The position numbers were made by a program, and so were the translations under genes. From contig CAXXMU010000001.1 of assembly GCA_963667785.2 (NCBI GenBank), positions 672,001 to 736,000 on the forward strand: a DNA stretch of 64,000 bases, given 5' to 3'. This stretch comes from Alphaproteobacteria bacterium. Its GTDB lineage: Bacteria; Pseudomonadota; Alphaproteobacteria; UBA828. Below are positions 50,224 through 61,151 of the stretch, one piece after another; the stretch's first letter is position 1, and each line of letters opens with the position of its first letter. The notes under the pieces are model-generated. The model did not search any database and had not been told where the DNA came from. It was given only the letters and a program-made list of their open reading frames with translations.

Positions 50224-52128
50224 TCAGTTCTGCTGGCTGAAGAGCGCGGACAGTGTGCCGTCGTTGACCGAGATGTCGTGGCGGCCGTAGAGCGCGGCCC
50301 GGTAGACGTTGCTGAGGTCGCCGCGCCAGGCGCGCGTGAGCTCGTCGCGAATCCGGTCGCGCTCGCTGCCGGTCGCGCCCCGGCCGGCGTCGGAAATGCC
50401 GGTCAGCACGGCGACACCCCAACCGCCTACGGTCTCCGCGACCACGGGCTCGTTTGCGTCCTCGTCGGCGCCGAAGAGCGCCTGGATCAGCGCAAAAGAG
50501 ACGTCCTGGCCGGCATTGCGCCCGTCCCGCCGTACATTGTCGACGGTGATTACGGCAAGGCCGGCGTCGCGGGCGGCGGCATCCAGTGTCTCGCCGGCCC
50601 TGACCCGGTCGGCCAGCGTGCTCGCGATGCGTTCGGCCGCCTCGCTCTCCGCCTCGCGCATGAGCGCCTCCCGCACCTGCCCCCGCACCTCCTCCAGCGG
50701 CCGCGGCGCGGGCACCTCCACCTCGTCCACCCGCAGGATGATGTAGCTCCCGTCCGAGAGCTCGGTGAGGAGCGATTCCCTCCCCTCCGACGTCTGGTAG
50801 AGGAGGGCGAGCACGTCGTCGCGCCCGGCGAGCGCGGGTACCGCCGGCGTCCCGCTCCGGTCGAGGCCGTTGGCGGTGACGCCGCTGAGCGCGATCGGCT
50901 GGACGCCCACCACGGCCGCTCCCTGCTCCAGCGAGGCGCCGCCGCCGAGCTCGTCCTCCAACACGGTCGAGAGCCGGAAGAGCCCGGCGCCGGCGAGGTC
51001 GAGCGCCATCTCGTCGTGCAGCGACTGGCGTACCTCCTCGAAGCCCTGGCGCCTGGCCGGGACCACCTCGTTCACCCTGAAGAGGTGCCAGCCGAACGCC
51101 GTCTGGACCGGGTCGCTGACCGAGCCTGCGGAGAGGCCGAAGACGGCGTCCCGCGCGCCCCTCAGCGGCCCGTCTGCGGTGAAGTCGGGCAGCGTCGAGG
51201 TGCTCGCCCCGCGCCCCGCGAGGTCCGCGGCGATGGCGTCGAAGCTCTCGCCCGCTGCAAGCCTCTGCGCGCCCTCGCGGATCAGCGCCTCGTCCGGCGC
51301 GTTGATCTGGGTGACCGAGCGGCGCTCCGGCAGGTCGAACTCGTCGATCCGCGCCTCGTACTCGGCATAGACGTCGTCGTCGCTCAGCTCGATCTCGGGA
51401 AGGAGCGCCTCGGCGGTGAGATGCACCAGCACGCCGCTGCGCCGCTCGGGCGCCATGAACGAAGCCGTGTTCTCCTCGTAGTAGGCGGCGATCGCCGACT
51501 CGCCGGGTTCCGCGAGGCCCCTCATGCCGCGCGCCGAAACCAGCGCGACCCGCGCGCTGCGCTCCTCGGCGCGGTAGCGGTGGAGCGCTTCCGCCAGCGC
51601 TTCCGGCACCTTGCGGTCGCCGCCGATGGTGGCGGTGAGCTGATCGCGGAGCAGGTCGACGCGGATCAGGTCCTCGTACTCGGCGCGCGTCATGTTGTTG
51701 CGCTCGAGCACGAGGTCGTAGAGCTCGGGGTCGAACGCGCCGCTCTCGTTCGCGAAGGCGGGCGCGCTCTCCAGCTCCTGCCGCACGCTGCCGTCGGCGG
51801 CGCGCAGGCCCAGCGCGTTCGCCTCGGCATCCAGCAGGTACTCGCGGACCAGGAGGTTGAGCACCTGGCCCGTGAGGCCGGCGCGATGGGCCTCCTCGCG
51901 CGTGAGATCCGCCCGGCCCGAGCGCTCCCGCTCGCGCTGCAGGGCGCGCTGGAACTCGCGGTCGAACAGCACCGTCGGCACCTCGACGTCGCCCACGGTC
52001 GCCACCGCCGAGCGGCTGCCGCCGGTGAACACGTCGTTGATGCCGAAGGCGCCGAAGCTGAGCGCCAGGATGATGATGACGCCGCGGGCCGCCCATGACT
52101 TGGTGGCGTGGCGTATGGACTGCAGCAT
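50224..52128 (-). CDS. ppiD: Periplasmic chaperone PpiD
   Basis: MLQSIR..ILALSFGAFGI membrane anchor, SurA_N, PERRS, VQTAFGWHL; divergent from tpiA. Confidence 0.88.
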   Translation of the reverse strand: MLQSIRHATKSWAARGVIIILALSFGAFGINDVFTGGSRSAVATVGDVEVPTVLFDREFQRALQRERERSGRADLTREEAHRAGLTGQVLNLLVREYLLDAEANALGLRAADGSVRQELESAPAFANESGAFDPELYDLVLERNNMTRAEYEDLIRVDLLRDQLTATIGGDRKVPEALAEALHRYRAEERSARVALVSARGMRGLAEPGESAIAAYYEENTASFMAPERRSGVLVHLTAEALLPEIELSDDDVYAEYEARIDEFDLPERRSVTQINAPDEALIREGAQRLAAGESFDAIAADLAGRGASTSTLPDFTADGPLRGARDAVFGLSAGSVSDPVQTAFGWHLFRVNEVVPARRQGFEEVRQSLHDEMALDLAGAGLFRLSTVLEDELGGGASLEQGAAVVGVQPIALSGVTANGLDRSGTPAVPALAGRDDVLALLYQTSEGRESLLTELSDGSYIILRVDEVEVPAPRPLEEVRGQVREALMREAESEAAERIASTLADRVRAGETLDAAARDAGLAVITVDNVRRDGRNAGQDVSFALIQALFGADEDANEPVVAETVGGWGVAVLTGISDAGRGATGSERDRIRDELTRAWRGDLSNVYRAALYGRHDISVNDGTLSALFSQQN

Positions 52129-52364
52129 CGCGGAACCCGCCGGCTGGTGGAGGCGCGCCGCGGATAGCGTCAGGCGCGCTGCGCCGGATAATAGGTGCGG
52201 CTGCGGGCGCCGGGCAACTCGGAACCTGCCGGCCCGATGCCGGCCTGGCTACGGCCCGGGCGATGCTGGCCCCCCGGCGCGGGCCGTGATAGAGCAGGGC
52301 GGCCCCGGCGGGGATGCGCGTCCGCGCGCCGGGGCGAGAGACCGACAACTGCCGCGCCACCGCC

Positions 52365-53129
52365 ATGCCGCCCGATTCCCGGCCCCGCCGGCCGCTCCTG
52401 GTCGCCAACTGGAAGATGAACGGCCTCCACGCCGACGGGCTCGCGCTCGCCAGCGCGCTCGCGGGCCATGCCGCCACGGGCGAGGGCGGCGACATCGTCG
52501 TGTGCCCGCCGGCGACGCTGCTCTTCGCGCTGAGGGCCGTCTTCGCCGGCTCGGCCGTCGCCCTCGGCGGGCAGGACTGCCACACGGCTGCGGCGGGTGC
52601 CCACACCGGCGACGTGAGCGCGCCGATGCTCGCCGATGCCGGCTGCACCCACGTCATCGTCGGCCACTCCGAACGCCGCGCCGGCCACGGCGAGGGCGAC
52701 GAAACGGTGGCGGAGAAGGCGGCGGCGGCCCACGCGGCGGGGCTCACGGCGATCGTCTGCGTCGGCGAGAGCGCGGCCGATCGCGACGCCGGCCACGCGC
52801 TCACCGTGATCGGCCGCCAGGTCGAGGGCTCGCTGCCCGACGGGGCTGCGCCGGAGAACACCGCGATCGCCTACGAGCCGGTCTGGGCCATCGGCAGCGG
52901 CCGCACGCCGGGCCCGGCCGACATCGCGGCGGCCCATGCGGAGGTCCGCGCCGGTTGGGAGCGGCGATTTTCGGGAAGCGGCGCGGCGCTCCGCGTGCTA
53001 TATGGCGGCTCCGTCACGGCGCGCAACGCAGGCGAGATCCTGGCCGTGCCGGGAGTCGACGGCGTGCTGGTCGGCGGCGCCAGCCTGTCTGCGGACGCGT
53101 TCTGGCAGATCTGCCGGGCGTGGCGCTGA
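52365..53129 (+). CDS. tpiA: Triosephosphate isomerase
   Basis: NWKMNG, GHSERR, AYEPVWAIG, YGGSV, LVGGASL. Confidence 0.97.
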   Translation: MPPDSRPRRPLLVANWKMNGLHADGLALASALAGHAATGEGGDIVVCPPATLLFALRAVFAGSAVALGGQDCHTAAAGAHTGDVSAPMLADAGCTHVIVGHSERRAGHGEGDETVAEKAAAAHAAGLTAIVCVGESAADRDAGHALTVIGRQVEGSLPDGAAPENTAIAYEPVWAIGSGRTPGPADIAAAHAEVRAGWERRFSGSGAALRVLYGGSVTARNAGEILAVPGVDGVLVGGASLSADAFWQICRAWR

Positions 53130-53160
53130 GCCCGCCGGGTACGAGTGGCAAGGAGCGGCG

Positions 53161-53535
53161 GTGGAAACGATCCTGCTCGTGGTGCTGATCGTCATCGCGA
53201 TCGCGATGATCGGTCTCGTGCTGCTCCAGCGCAGCGAGGGCGGCGCGCTCGGCATCGGCGGCCCGGGCGCGATGTTCTCGGCGCGCGGCACGGCCAGCGT
53301 GCTCACGCGCGCGACCGCGGGCCTGGCGGCGGCCTTCATGATCCTGAGCCTGGTGCTCGCCATCCTCTCCGGCAGCTGGACGGAGCGTGAATCGGTGCTG
53401 GATGCCGCCGAGGAGGAGGTTCTTCCGGCCGAGACGGAGCCGCTGCCGCTGCCGGGCGAGCTCGATCTCCCCACCGATATCGACGCGCTGGACCTGCCCG
53501 CCGACGACGGCCCCGCCGCCCCCCGCGCCGAGTAG
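53161..53535 (+). CDS. secG: Preprotein translocase subunit SecG
   Basis: VLLQRSEGGALG, LTRATA; between tpiA and pyrG. Confidence 0.92.
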   Translation: METILLVVLIVIAIAMIGLVLLQRSEGGALGIGGPGAMFSARGTASVLTRATAGLAAAFMILSLVLAILSGSWTERESVLDAAEEEVLPAETEPLPLPGELDLPTDIDALDLPADDGPAAPRAE

Positions 53536-53603
53536 GGCGCCGCCCTGAAATTTTCCGCCGCCGGGTGGTGGCGAATCGGACTCCTTTGCTAAGGTAGGGG
53601 TCC

Positions 53604-55232
53604 ATGACGCGGTACATCTTCGTCACCGGCGGCGTGGTGTCCTCCCTCGGCAAGGGACTCGCTTCGGCGGCCCTGGGCGCGCTCCTGCAGGCGCGGGGCT
53701 ACCGGGTCCGGCTGCGCAAGTTCGATCCCTACCTCAACGTCGATCCGGGCACGATGAGCCCGTTCCAGCACGGCGAGGTCTACGTCACCGACGACGGCGC
53801 CGAGACCGACCTCGACCTCGGCCACTACGAGCGCTTTACCGGCGTGCCGGCGCGGCGCTCGGACAGCGTCACCGCAGGGCAGATCTACCAGACCGTGATC
53901 GCCAGGGAGCGGCGCGGCGATTATCTCGGCGGCACCGTGCAGGTGATCCCCCACGTCACCGACGCGATCAAGGAGGCGATCGTCCGCGACAGCGACGGCG
54001 CCGACTTCGTGCTGGTGGAGATCGGTGGCACGGTCGGCGACATCGAGGGCCTGCCGTTCTACGAATCGATCCGCCAGTTCGCCTACGAGCAGGGCCGCGA
54101 CAGGGTGATGTTCGTTCACCTGACTCTGCTGCCCTACATCGAGACGGCCGGCGAGCTGAAGACCAAGCCGACCCAGCACTCGGTAAAGGAGCTGCGCAGC
54201 ATCGGCATCGGCCCCGACCTTCTGCTCTGTCGGGCGGACCGCCCGATCCCGCCGGCGGAGTGCAAGAAGATCGCGCTCTTCTGCAACGTGCGCGAGGACT
54301 GCGTGATCGCGGCGACCGACGTGGAGACCATCTACGAGGTCCCGCTGAGCTATCACATGCAGGGCTTCGACACCCAGGTCATGCGCTATTTCGGGATTCC
54401 CGAGGCGCCGGCGCCGGACCTCTCGCAGTGGGAGGAGATCGTCAGGCGCACGCTCTCGCCCGAAGGCGAGGTGGCGATCGCCGTGGTCGGCAAGTACACC
54501 GGGCTCCGCGACGCCTACAAGTCGCTCTTCGAGGCGCTGACCCACGGCGGGGTGGCCAACAGCGTCCGCGTCGATACCCGCTGGATCGAGGCCGACGACC
54601 TGGAGGCGGACGGCGGCGGCGGCGCCCTCGAATCGGTCCACGGCGTGCTCGTGCCGGGCGGCTTCGGCGAGCGCGGCGTGCCGGGCAAGATCGCCGCGGT
54701 CGAATACGCCCGCACCCGGGCCGTTCCCTATTTCGGCATCTGCTTCGGGATGCAGCTCGCGGTGATCGAGACCGCGCGCAACGTCGCCGACATTCCGGGC
54801 GCCGGCTCCACCGAGTTCGGCCCCTGCGAGGACCCGGTGATCGGGCTCATGACCGAGTGGAACCGGAATGGCCAGGTGGAGCGGCGCAACGCCGGCGACC
54901 AGCTCGGCGGCACCATGCGGCTCGGCGCCTACGAGGCGGTGCTCGAGGAGGAAAGCCGCGTGCGCTCGGTCTACGGCAGGGAGCGGATATTCGAGCGCCA
55001 CCGCCACCGCTACGAGGTGAACAGCGCCTACCGCGAGCGGCTGGATGCGGCCGGCATGCGCTTCGCCGGCCTCTCGCCCGACGGCGCGCTGGCGGAGATC
55101 GTCGAGCGCCCCGACCATCCCTGGTTCGTGGGCGTGCAGTTCCACCCCGAGCTCACCTCGCGCCCCTTCCAGCCGCACCCGCTGTTCGCCTCCTTCATCG
55201 GGGCGGCGGTGAGGCAGGCACGGCTGGTGTGA
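53604..55232 (+). CDS. pyrG: CTP synthase
   Basis: [38 protein letters not shown]. Confidence 0.98.
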   Translation: MTRYIFVTGGVVSSLGKGLASAALGALLQARGYRVRLRKFDPYLNVDPGTMSPFQHGEVYVTDDGAETDLDLGHYERFTGVPARRSDSVTAGQIYQTVIARERRGDYLGGTVQVIPHVTDAIKEAIVRDSDGADFVLVEIGGTVGDIEGLPFYESIRQFAYEQGRDRVMFVHLTLLPYIETAGELKTKPTQHSVKELRSIGIGPDLLLCRADRPIPPAECKKIALFCNVREDCVIAATDVETIYEVPLSYHMQGFDTQVMRYFGIPEAPAPDLSQWEEIVRRTLSPEGEVAIAVVGKYTGLRDAYKSLFEALTHGGVANSVRVDTRWIEADDLEADGGGGALESVHGVLVPGGFGERGVPGKIAAVEYARTRAVPYFGICFGMQLAVIETARNVADIPGAGSTEFGPCEDPVIGLMTEWNRNGQVERRNAGDQLGGTMRLGAYEAVLEEESRVRSVYGRERIFERHRHRYEVNSAYRERLDAAGMRFAGLSPDGALAEIVERPDHPWFVGVQFHPELTSRPFQPHPLFASFIGAAVRQARLV

Positions 55233-55239
55233 GGGCGCA

Positions 55240-56079
55240 GTGGGGGTGACGCCCGCCGAAGGCCGGGTGGCGATCGGCGACTTCGAGGTCGGCAACGCGC
55301 TTCCGCTCGCGCTCATCGCCGGCCCCTGCGCGATCGAGGGGCGCGATCACGCGCTTCACGTGTCGGAGAAGCTCGTCGAGATGACGGCGGCGAGAAACAT
55401 GCCCTTCGTCTACAAGAGCTCCTTCGACAAGGCGAACCGCACGTCGGGCGAGAGCCCGCGCGGCATCGGCATGGAGGAGGGGCTGGCGATCCTGGAGGCG
55501 GTGCGCGAGGCCCACGGCTGCCCGGTGCTGACCGACGTGCACCTGCCGGAGCAGTGCCGGGCGGCGGCCGAGGCGGTGGACGTGCTGCAGATACCGGCTT
55601 TCCTCTGCCGCCAGACCGACCTGCTGCTGGCGGCGGCGGCGACGGGGAGCGCCATCAACGTGAAGAAGGGCCAGTTCCTCGCGCCGTGGGACATGCGCCA
55701 CGTGGTGGCGAAGATCACCGGCGCCGGCAACGCCCGGGTGCTGGTGTGCGAGCGCGGCGCGAGCTTCGGCTACAACACGCTGGTCTCGGACATGCGAAGT
55801 CTGCCGCAGCTCGCGGAGACCGGCTGCCCGGTGGTGTTCGACGCCACCCATTCCGTGCAGCAGCCGGGCGGGCGGGGGGCGGCGAGCGGCGGCCAGCGCG
55901 AGTTCGTGCCCGTGCTGGCACGGGCCGCGGTGGCGGTCGGCGTCGCCGCGGTCTTCATGGAGACCCACCCCGCGCCCGACGAGGCGCCGTCGGACGGCCC
56001 CAACATGGTGCCGCTGGACGCCCTGCCGGCACTGCTGGATCGGCTGCGCGCCTTCGACGAGCTGGCCAAGAGACCATGA
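55240..56079 (+). CDS. kdsA: KDO 8-phosphate synthase
   Basis: [39 protein letters not shown]. Confidence 0.97.
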   Translation: MGVTPAEGRVAIGDFEVGNALPLALIAGPCAIEGRDHALHVSEKLVEMTAARNMPFVYKSSFDKANRTSGESPRGIGMEEGLAILEAVREAHGCPVLTDVHLPEQCRAAAEAVDVLQIPAFLCRQTDLLLAAAATGSAINVKKGQFLAPWDMRHVVAKITGAGNARVLVCERGASFGYNTLVSDMRSLPQLAETGCPVVFDATHSVQQPGGRGAASGGQREFVPVLARAAVAVGVAAVFMETHPAPDEAPSDGPNMVPLDALPALLDRLRAFDELAKRP

Positions 56080-56090
56080 GGGAGAGAGCG

Positions 56091-56990
56091 ATGAAGGACG
56101 GATGCGTGTTCATCGGCGGCGAGTACGTCGCGCCCGGCGACGCCAGGATGTCGATCTTCGATGCCGGCTTCGTCTGGGGCGACACGGTCTACGACGTGAC
56201 GTCGACCTGGGGCGGCTGGTTCTTCATGCTCGACGAGCATCTCGAGCGCTTCGAGCGCTCCTGCACCGGCTTCCGGCTGGAGAACCCCCACGACAGGGGC
56301 GACATGCGCCGCATCCTCGCCGAGTGCGTGGCGCGGACGGGGCTGGAGAACTGCTACGTGAAGATCCAGCTCACCCGCGGCGTGATCGAGAGCCAGACCC
56401 GCGACCCGCGCCTGGGCGCGCCCGCCTTCGTCGCCTACGCCACGCCCTATGCCTGGATCTGGGGCGAGGAGAAGTGTCGCAACGGGGCCGCGCTCCATCT
56501 CAGCGGCGTCGAGCGGGTCTCGTCGAAGGCGATCGACGCCCGCTACAAGAACTACAACCGGGCGGACTTCGTGCAGGCCCGCTTCGAGGCCTACGACAGC
56601 GGCTGCGACGATGCGCTCCTGGTGGGCGCCGACGGCGCGCTCACCGAGGGGCCGGGCTACAACATCTTCGTCGTCAAGGACGGCGCCGTGGCGACGCCCG
56701 ACGCCAACGTGCTGGAGGGCATCACCCGGCGCGCGGTCGCCGAGCTCTGCGAAGAGGAGGGCATCCCCTTCGCCTATCGCCGGGTGGAGCCCGAGGAGCT
56801 GGGCGCGGCGGACGAGCTCTTCGCCAGCACCACGGCGGGCGGCGTCATGCCGGTGGTGCGGCTCGGCGAGAAGCCCATCGGCAACGGCCATGCCGGTCTG
56901 CTCACCAGCCGCATCCAGTCGCGCTACTGGAGCAAGCGCGCCGACGGCTGGCATGGCACGCGGGTCGACGAGATTCGCGACGCGGCGTAG
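56091..56990 (+). CDS. Class IV (fold-type IV) PLP aminotransferase
   Basis: IFDAGF..GD.VYD, HLERF, KNYN, EGPGYN, LEGITR, ADELFASTTAGG. Confidence 0.9.
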   Translation: MKDGCVFIGGEYVAPGDARMSIFDAGFVWGDTVYDVTSTWGGWFFMLDEHLERFERSCTGFRLENPHDRGDMRRILAECVARTGLENCYVKIQLTRGVIESQTRDPRLGAPAFVAYATPYAWIWGEEKCRNGAALHLSGVERVSSKAIDARYKNYNRADFVQARFEAYDSGCDDALLVGADGALTEGPGYNIFVVKDGAVATPDANVLEGITRRAVAELCEEEGIPFAYRRVEPEELGAADELFASTTAGGVMPVVRLGEKPIGNGHAGLLTSRIQSRYWSKRADGWHGTRVDEIRDAA

Positions 56991-57004
56991 CGGAACGGGC
57001 CGTT

Positions 57005-57066
57005 CTGGAGGGTTTCCGCTTTACACGGAAACGCTCCAGCCTCTTGGTCGCTCACAGCAGCCGGCC
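57005..57066. repeat. Palindromic dispersed repeat (reverse copy of 20729-20790)
   Basis: ctggagggtttccg...cggaaacgctccag followed by tcttggtcgctcacagcagccggcc. Confidence 0.75.
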
Positions 57067-57514
57067 GTCCCGCGATTCCGCGCGCCTGCCTGCCGTCATT
57101 CGATACCGCGCGCCTGCCGGCGCGACGGGGACCGAGCATCGCGCCCCGCCATGGCGACCGAAAGTGGGATTCGCCGGAGGGGGGGCATGCGGGATTTCGT
57201 GGGATAGCGAGGGATTCCGGCGGGACAGGCGGTCTCCATATCCCACCTGAGCACCTGAATCCCACTTGAGCACCGGCTCCCCCTGCCGTGCCCCGCTCCT
57301 TCCCGCTTGTCTTCGCTCTCCCGCATCATGCCGCCACCCTCGCACGGACACCCCCTGCCGTGCACCGCACCATGGTCCGGGCACCCGGCTGGGAGCGCGC
57401 GCCTGAGTCGCTCGTGCCTGCAAGGTCACGAGCGCGGCACATGAAGGTCGCGAGCGCGGAAGCAGGTCGCGCCAGGCTGCCAGCGTTCGATCTGCACGAA
57501 CCATCCGATTTCAT

Positions 57515-57604
57515 CGTCATGCCCGGACTCGTTCCGGGCATCCACGTTCTTTATCCCTGCCACACCAAAGCTCGTAGATGGCCGGAATAAATCCGGCCAT
57601 GACG
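57515..57604. repeat. Alphaproteobacterial REP-like doublet
   Basis: cgtcatgcccggactcgttccgggcatccacg ... cgtagatggccggaataaatccggccatgacg, two inverted hairpin units. Confidence 0.8.
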
Positions 57605-57683
57605 TGAAGAAGGAACGGCGCACGGTCGCGAGCGCGGAAGAAGAGTCACGGCCTGTCGCGTATCCGTCAAAGACGGATACGCG

Positions 57684-58673
57684 CTACCCGTCCACGTAGT
57701 CCTCGATGTACTGGCGCACCACCTCGTCGAGCGGCGGGTTCTGCGGCAGGCCGAGGGAGGTCGCACGCTCGGCCCTGGCGTAGGCCGGCCAGGAGCCGAC
57801 CAGCCGCTGCACCCCCTCGTCGGGCGCGTCCGTGACCGCGCCGAGCCTGCGGCCCGCGCCCACCCGCTCCAGCGCCGCCACCATCTCGCCTGCGGTTGCC
57901 GAGAAGGAGGGCAGGTTGATGGTGCGGTCGTCGCCGAGCGCCGCGCCCGGCACCTCGTGCAGCGCCACCAGGCTGTCCACGATGGTGCGGTAGCCGCCGA
58001 GGACGATGCGCGTCTCGCGGCTCACCGGCAGCGCGTGGTCGATGCCGGCGAGCGGCTCGCGGAAGAGCCCGCTGGCGAAGCCGGAGGCTGCCTTGTTGGG
58101 CTTGCCGGGGCGCACGATCACCGTGGGCGGCCTGCCGCCGCGGCCGTCCAGCCAGCCCTTGCGGGTGTAGTCCGCCAGCAGGTGCTCGTTGATGACCTTG
58201 GTCACGCCGTAAGTGCCCTGCGGCGTGATCTTGGTATCGTCGCCGATGGTCTCCGGCAGCGCGCTGCCGCCATAGACCGCGATGCTGCTGGTGAAGACGA
58301 GCCGGGGCAGGCCGGGCGCGGCGCGGCAGGCCTCGAGCACGTTGATGCCGCCCGTGAGGTTCACGCTGAGCGCGAGGTCGAAGTCCTGCTCGGCGCCGGC
58401 GCTCACCACCGAGGCGAAGTGGAAGACCGAGAGCGAAGGGCCTGCGATCAGCGCGCGCACCGTCTGGCCGTCGGACACGTCGCCCGCGACCATCTCCACC
58501 CGCTCGTCGTCGAGGCCGGCGGGCGGCCGCTCCGGCACGGCGGCGTCGAACAGGACCAGCCGCTCGATCGTCTCCTGCACGCCGGATGCGCCGGTCAGCG
58601 TTTCCCTCTCCAGGAGCGCCCGCGCCAGCCTCTGCCCGAGGAAGCCCAGCCCCCCGGTGATCACCACCTTCAT
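57684..58673 (-). CDS. NAD-dependent epimerase/dehydratase, D-erythronate dehydrogenase (DenD)-like
   Basis: TGGLGFLG, VVSAGAEQDFD, FTSSIAVYG, YGVTK, RPGKPNKAASGF..REPL. Confidence 0.85.
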   Translation of the reverse strand: MKVVITGGLGFLGQRLARALLERETLTGASGVQETIERLVLFDAAVPERPPAGLDDERVEMVAGDVSDGQTVRALIAGPSLSVFHFASVVSAGAEQDFDLALSVNLTGGINVLEACRAAPGLPRLVFTSSIAVYGGSALPETIGDDTKITPQGTYGVTKVINEHLLADYTRKGWLDGRGGRPPTVIVRPGKPNKAASGFASGLFREPLAGIDHALPVSRETRIVLGGYRTIVDSLVALHEVPGAALGDDRTINLPSFSATAGEMVAALERVGAGRRLGAVTDAPDEGVQRLVGSWPAYARAERATSLGLPQNPPLDEVVRQYIEDYVDG

Positions 58674-58835
58674 GCGTCCTCTCCATCCGCCCGGCCTCGT
58701 TCCCTCTCAACATATCCTATTGGCAGGGCGGGCCGGTATGCGGATGATAACCGCGCGGTCCGGCCCGCCCCGCGCCGGCGCGCAGCGGGGCAGGGCGGGT
58801 CGCGGCGGGGCATGACGGCGTGACGGGGGAGCGGG

Positions 58836-59984
58836 ATGACGACAGGTGCGGCGCTCGGGCCCAACGAATCCCTGATCGACGAGCGCGAATCGCGGGCCCG
58901 CCTCATCACCCCCGCGCTGGTGCTCGATCTCGACGCGATGGAGCGCAACATCGCCACCATGGCGGCCTACGCGGGAGAGCAGGGCGTCGCCCTCCGCCCC
59001 CACGCCAAGACGCACAAGAGCGTGCAGATCGCCCGCCGCCAGCTCGATGCCGGCGCGCTCGGCATCTGCTGCGCGACGCTCGGCGAGGCGGAGACGCTGG
59101 CGGCAGGGGGAATCGAGGGGCTGTTGATCACCTCGCCGATCGTGGCGCCGGCCAAGGTCAACCGTCTCATGGCGCTCCGCCGGGACCACGAGTCGCTCAT
59201 GGTGGTGGCCGACGACATGGACAACCTGCGCGCGCTCGAGGCTGCGGCCCAGGCCTCCGCCCTCGTGCTGGACGTGGTGGTCGACGTCGATGTCGGGCTT
59301 CACCGCACCGGCGCCCGTGACGCCGAGGCGGCGGCGGCGCTGGCAGAGGCGGCGGACGCGAGCGTCAGCCTGAACTTCGCCGGGCTTCAGGGCTATGCCG
59401 GGCACGTCCAGCATATCGAGGATTTCGGCGCCCGCCGCACGAGCTCTCACGGCGATCTCGCGCCGCTGCGCGAGGCCCGCGAGAGCCTCACGGGCCGCGG
59501 CATCGAGGTGCCCATCGTCACCGGCGCCGGCACCGGCACCCACGACATCGACACGGAAATCGGGCTGATGACCGAGCTCCAGGTCGGCTCCTACGTGGTG
59601 ATGGACGTCGAGTATCTCGACGTCCAGGCGCAGGACGGCGGCGACTGGCGCTTCGAGCCGGCGCTCTTCGTCCGCTCGACGGTGGTCTCGGCCAGCCATG
59701 ACGGCAGCGCCACCATGGATGCGGGCCTCAAGTGCTTCGCCACCGACGGGCCCATGCCGCGCTTCCACACCGGCGTGCCCATCGGCGCCCACTACGAGCA
59801 TTTCGGCGACGAGCACGGGCGCATCGTCTTCGCCGGCGCCAACGAGAGGCTGGCCATCGGCGCTGCGCTCGAGTGCATCGTGCCGCACTGCGACCCCACC
59901 GTGAACCTCTACGACCACTATCACTGCGTGCGCGGCGAGACCCTGGTCGACATCTGGCCCATCGAGGCCCGCGGCCGCCACTAG
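58836..59984 (+). CDS. DSD1-family PLP enzyme (D-threonine aldolase/D-serine dehydratase-like)
   Basis: TPALVLDLD, RPHAKTHK, QGYAGH, GDEHG, PHCDPTVNL. Confidence 0.9.
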   Translation: MTTGAALGPNESLIDERESRARLITPALVLDLDAMERNIATMAAYAGEQGVALRPHAKTHKSVQIARRQLDAGALGICCATLGEAETLAAGGIEGLLITSPIVAPAKVNRLMALRRDHESLMVVADDMDNLRALEAAAQASALVLDVVVDVDVGLHRTGARDAEAAAALAEAADASVSLNFAGLQGYAGHVQHIEDFGARRTSSHGDLAPLREARESLTGRGIEVPIVTGAGTGTHDIDTEIGLMTELQVGSYVVMDVEYLDVQAQDGGDWRFEPALFVRSTVVSASHDGSATMDAGLKCFATDGPMPRFHTGVPIGAHYEHFGDEHGRIVFAGANERLAIGAALECIVPHCDPTVNLYDHYHCVRGETLVDIWPIEARGRH

Positions 59985-59999
59985 CGGCGCAGTCGAACC

Positions 60000-61103
60000 A
60001 TGGCGTCGATCTCCCTTGCGGGCCTGACCAAGCGCTTCGGCGACCTCACGGCGGTGGCGTCCCTCGATCTCGAGATCAGGGACAAGGAATTCGTCGCGCT
60101 GCTGGGGCCGTCGGGCTGCGGCAAGACGACGACGATGAACATGATCGCCGGCATCGAGACGCCGTCGGAGGGCCAGATCCTGTTCGACGGCCGCGACATG
60201 CGCACGGTGCCGGCCAACCGGCGCAAGGTCGGCTTCGTGTTCCAGAACTACGCCATCTTCACCCACCTCTCGGTGCGCGAGAACCTGGCCTTCGGCCTCA
60301 AGGTGCGCAGCCTGCCGAAGGCCGATGTCGAGCGCCGCGTCGCCGCCATGGCTCAGCTCATGCGGCTGGAGGACCGGCTCGACTGGCCCACGGCGAAGCT
60401 CAGCGTCAACGAGCTGCAGAAGGTCGCGATCGGCCGCTCGGCCATCACCGAGCCCGAGATCTTCCTGCTGGACGAGCCGCTCAGCAATCTCGATGCCGCC
60501 TTCCGCGCCTTCATGCGGACGGAGCTCAAGCACCTGCAGCACCAGTTCCAGCAGACCATGGTCTACGTCACCCACGACCAGATCGAGGCGATGAGCCTCG
60601 CCGACAGGATCGCCGTGATGGACCTCGGCGTGCTGCAGCAGTACGGCTCGCCCATCGAGGTCTACAACGAGCCGCGCAACGTCTTCGTCGCCAACTTCAT
60701 GGGCAGCCCGAGCATGAACCTGGTGCCGTGCCGGCTCGCGGGCGGAGACGGCGCCTACGCGCTCGACTTCGGCGAGGGCGGGAGCGCGTCGGTCGCCGAC
60801 GAGGACCTCAAGCGGCGCTGCAAGGCGGCGCGCGATGGGGCGCTGGTGTTCGGCGCACGGCCCGAGGATCTGGACATCGCGCCGCCGAGCCACGACGGGC
60901 CGGCCATCGAGGCGACCGTCACCTTCGTCGAGCCGATCGGCCCGCGCACGATCGTCCATCTGGCCGCCGGCGAGCGGCGCATGAAGGTCGCCAAGGGCAA
61001 GCAGTACGGCATCGAGCTCGGCGCCCGGGTCAAGGCGGTGCTGCCGCCCGGCAAGTGTCACCTGTTCGACGCGGAGACGGGCGAAGCGCTCGGCATCGCC
61101 TGA
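60000..61103 (+). CDS. MalK-like ABC ATPase with degenerate signature motif
   Basis: GPSGCGKT, signature LSVNELQ instead of LSGGQ, LDEPLSNLD, YVTHDQ. Confidence 0.92.
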   Translation: MASISLAGLTKRFGDLTAVASLDLEIRDKEFVALLGPSGCGKTTTMNMIAGIETPSEGQILFDGRDMRTVPANRRKVGFVFQNYAIFTHLSVRENLAFGLKVRSLPKADVERRVAAMAQLMRLEDRLDWPTAKLSVNELQKVAIGRSAITEPEIFLLDEPLSNLDAAFRAFMRTELKHLQHQFQQTMVYVTHDQIEAMSLADRIAVMDLGVLQQYGSPIEVYNEPRNVFVANFMGSPSMNLVPCRLAGGDGAYALDFGEGGSASVADEDLKRRCKAARDGALVFGARPEDLDIAPPSHDGPAIEATVTFVEPIGPRTIVHLAAGERRMKVAKGKQYGIELGARVKAVLPPGKCHLFDAETGEALGIA

Positions 61104-61151
61104 GCCGTTCCGTCAGCCGACACCCACCCAAGGGAGAGTCCCAGCAGCGTC

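Noticed and set aside
57150-57660. CRISPR array
   Set aside because: Only 2-3 short, irregularly spaced repeats, no spacer periodicity, no cas genes
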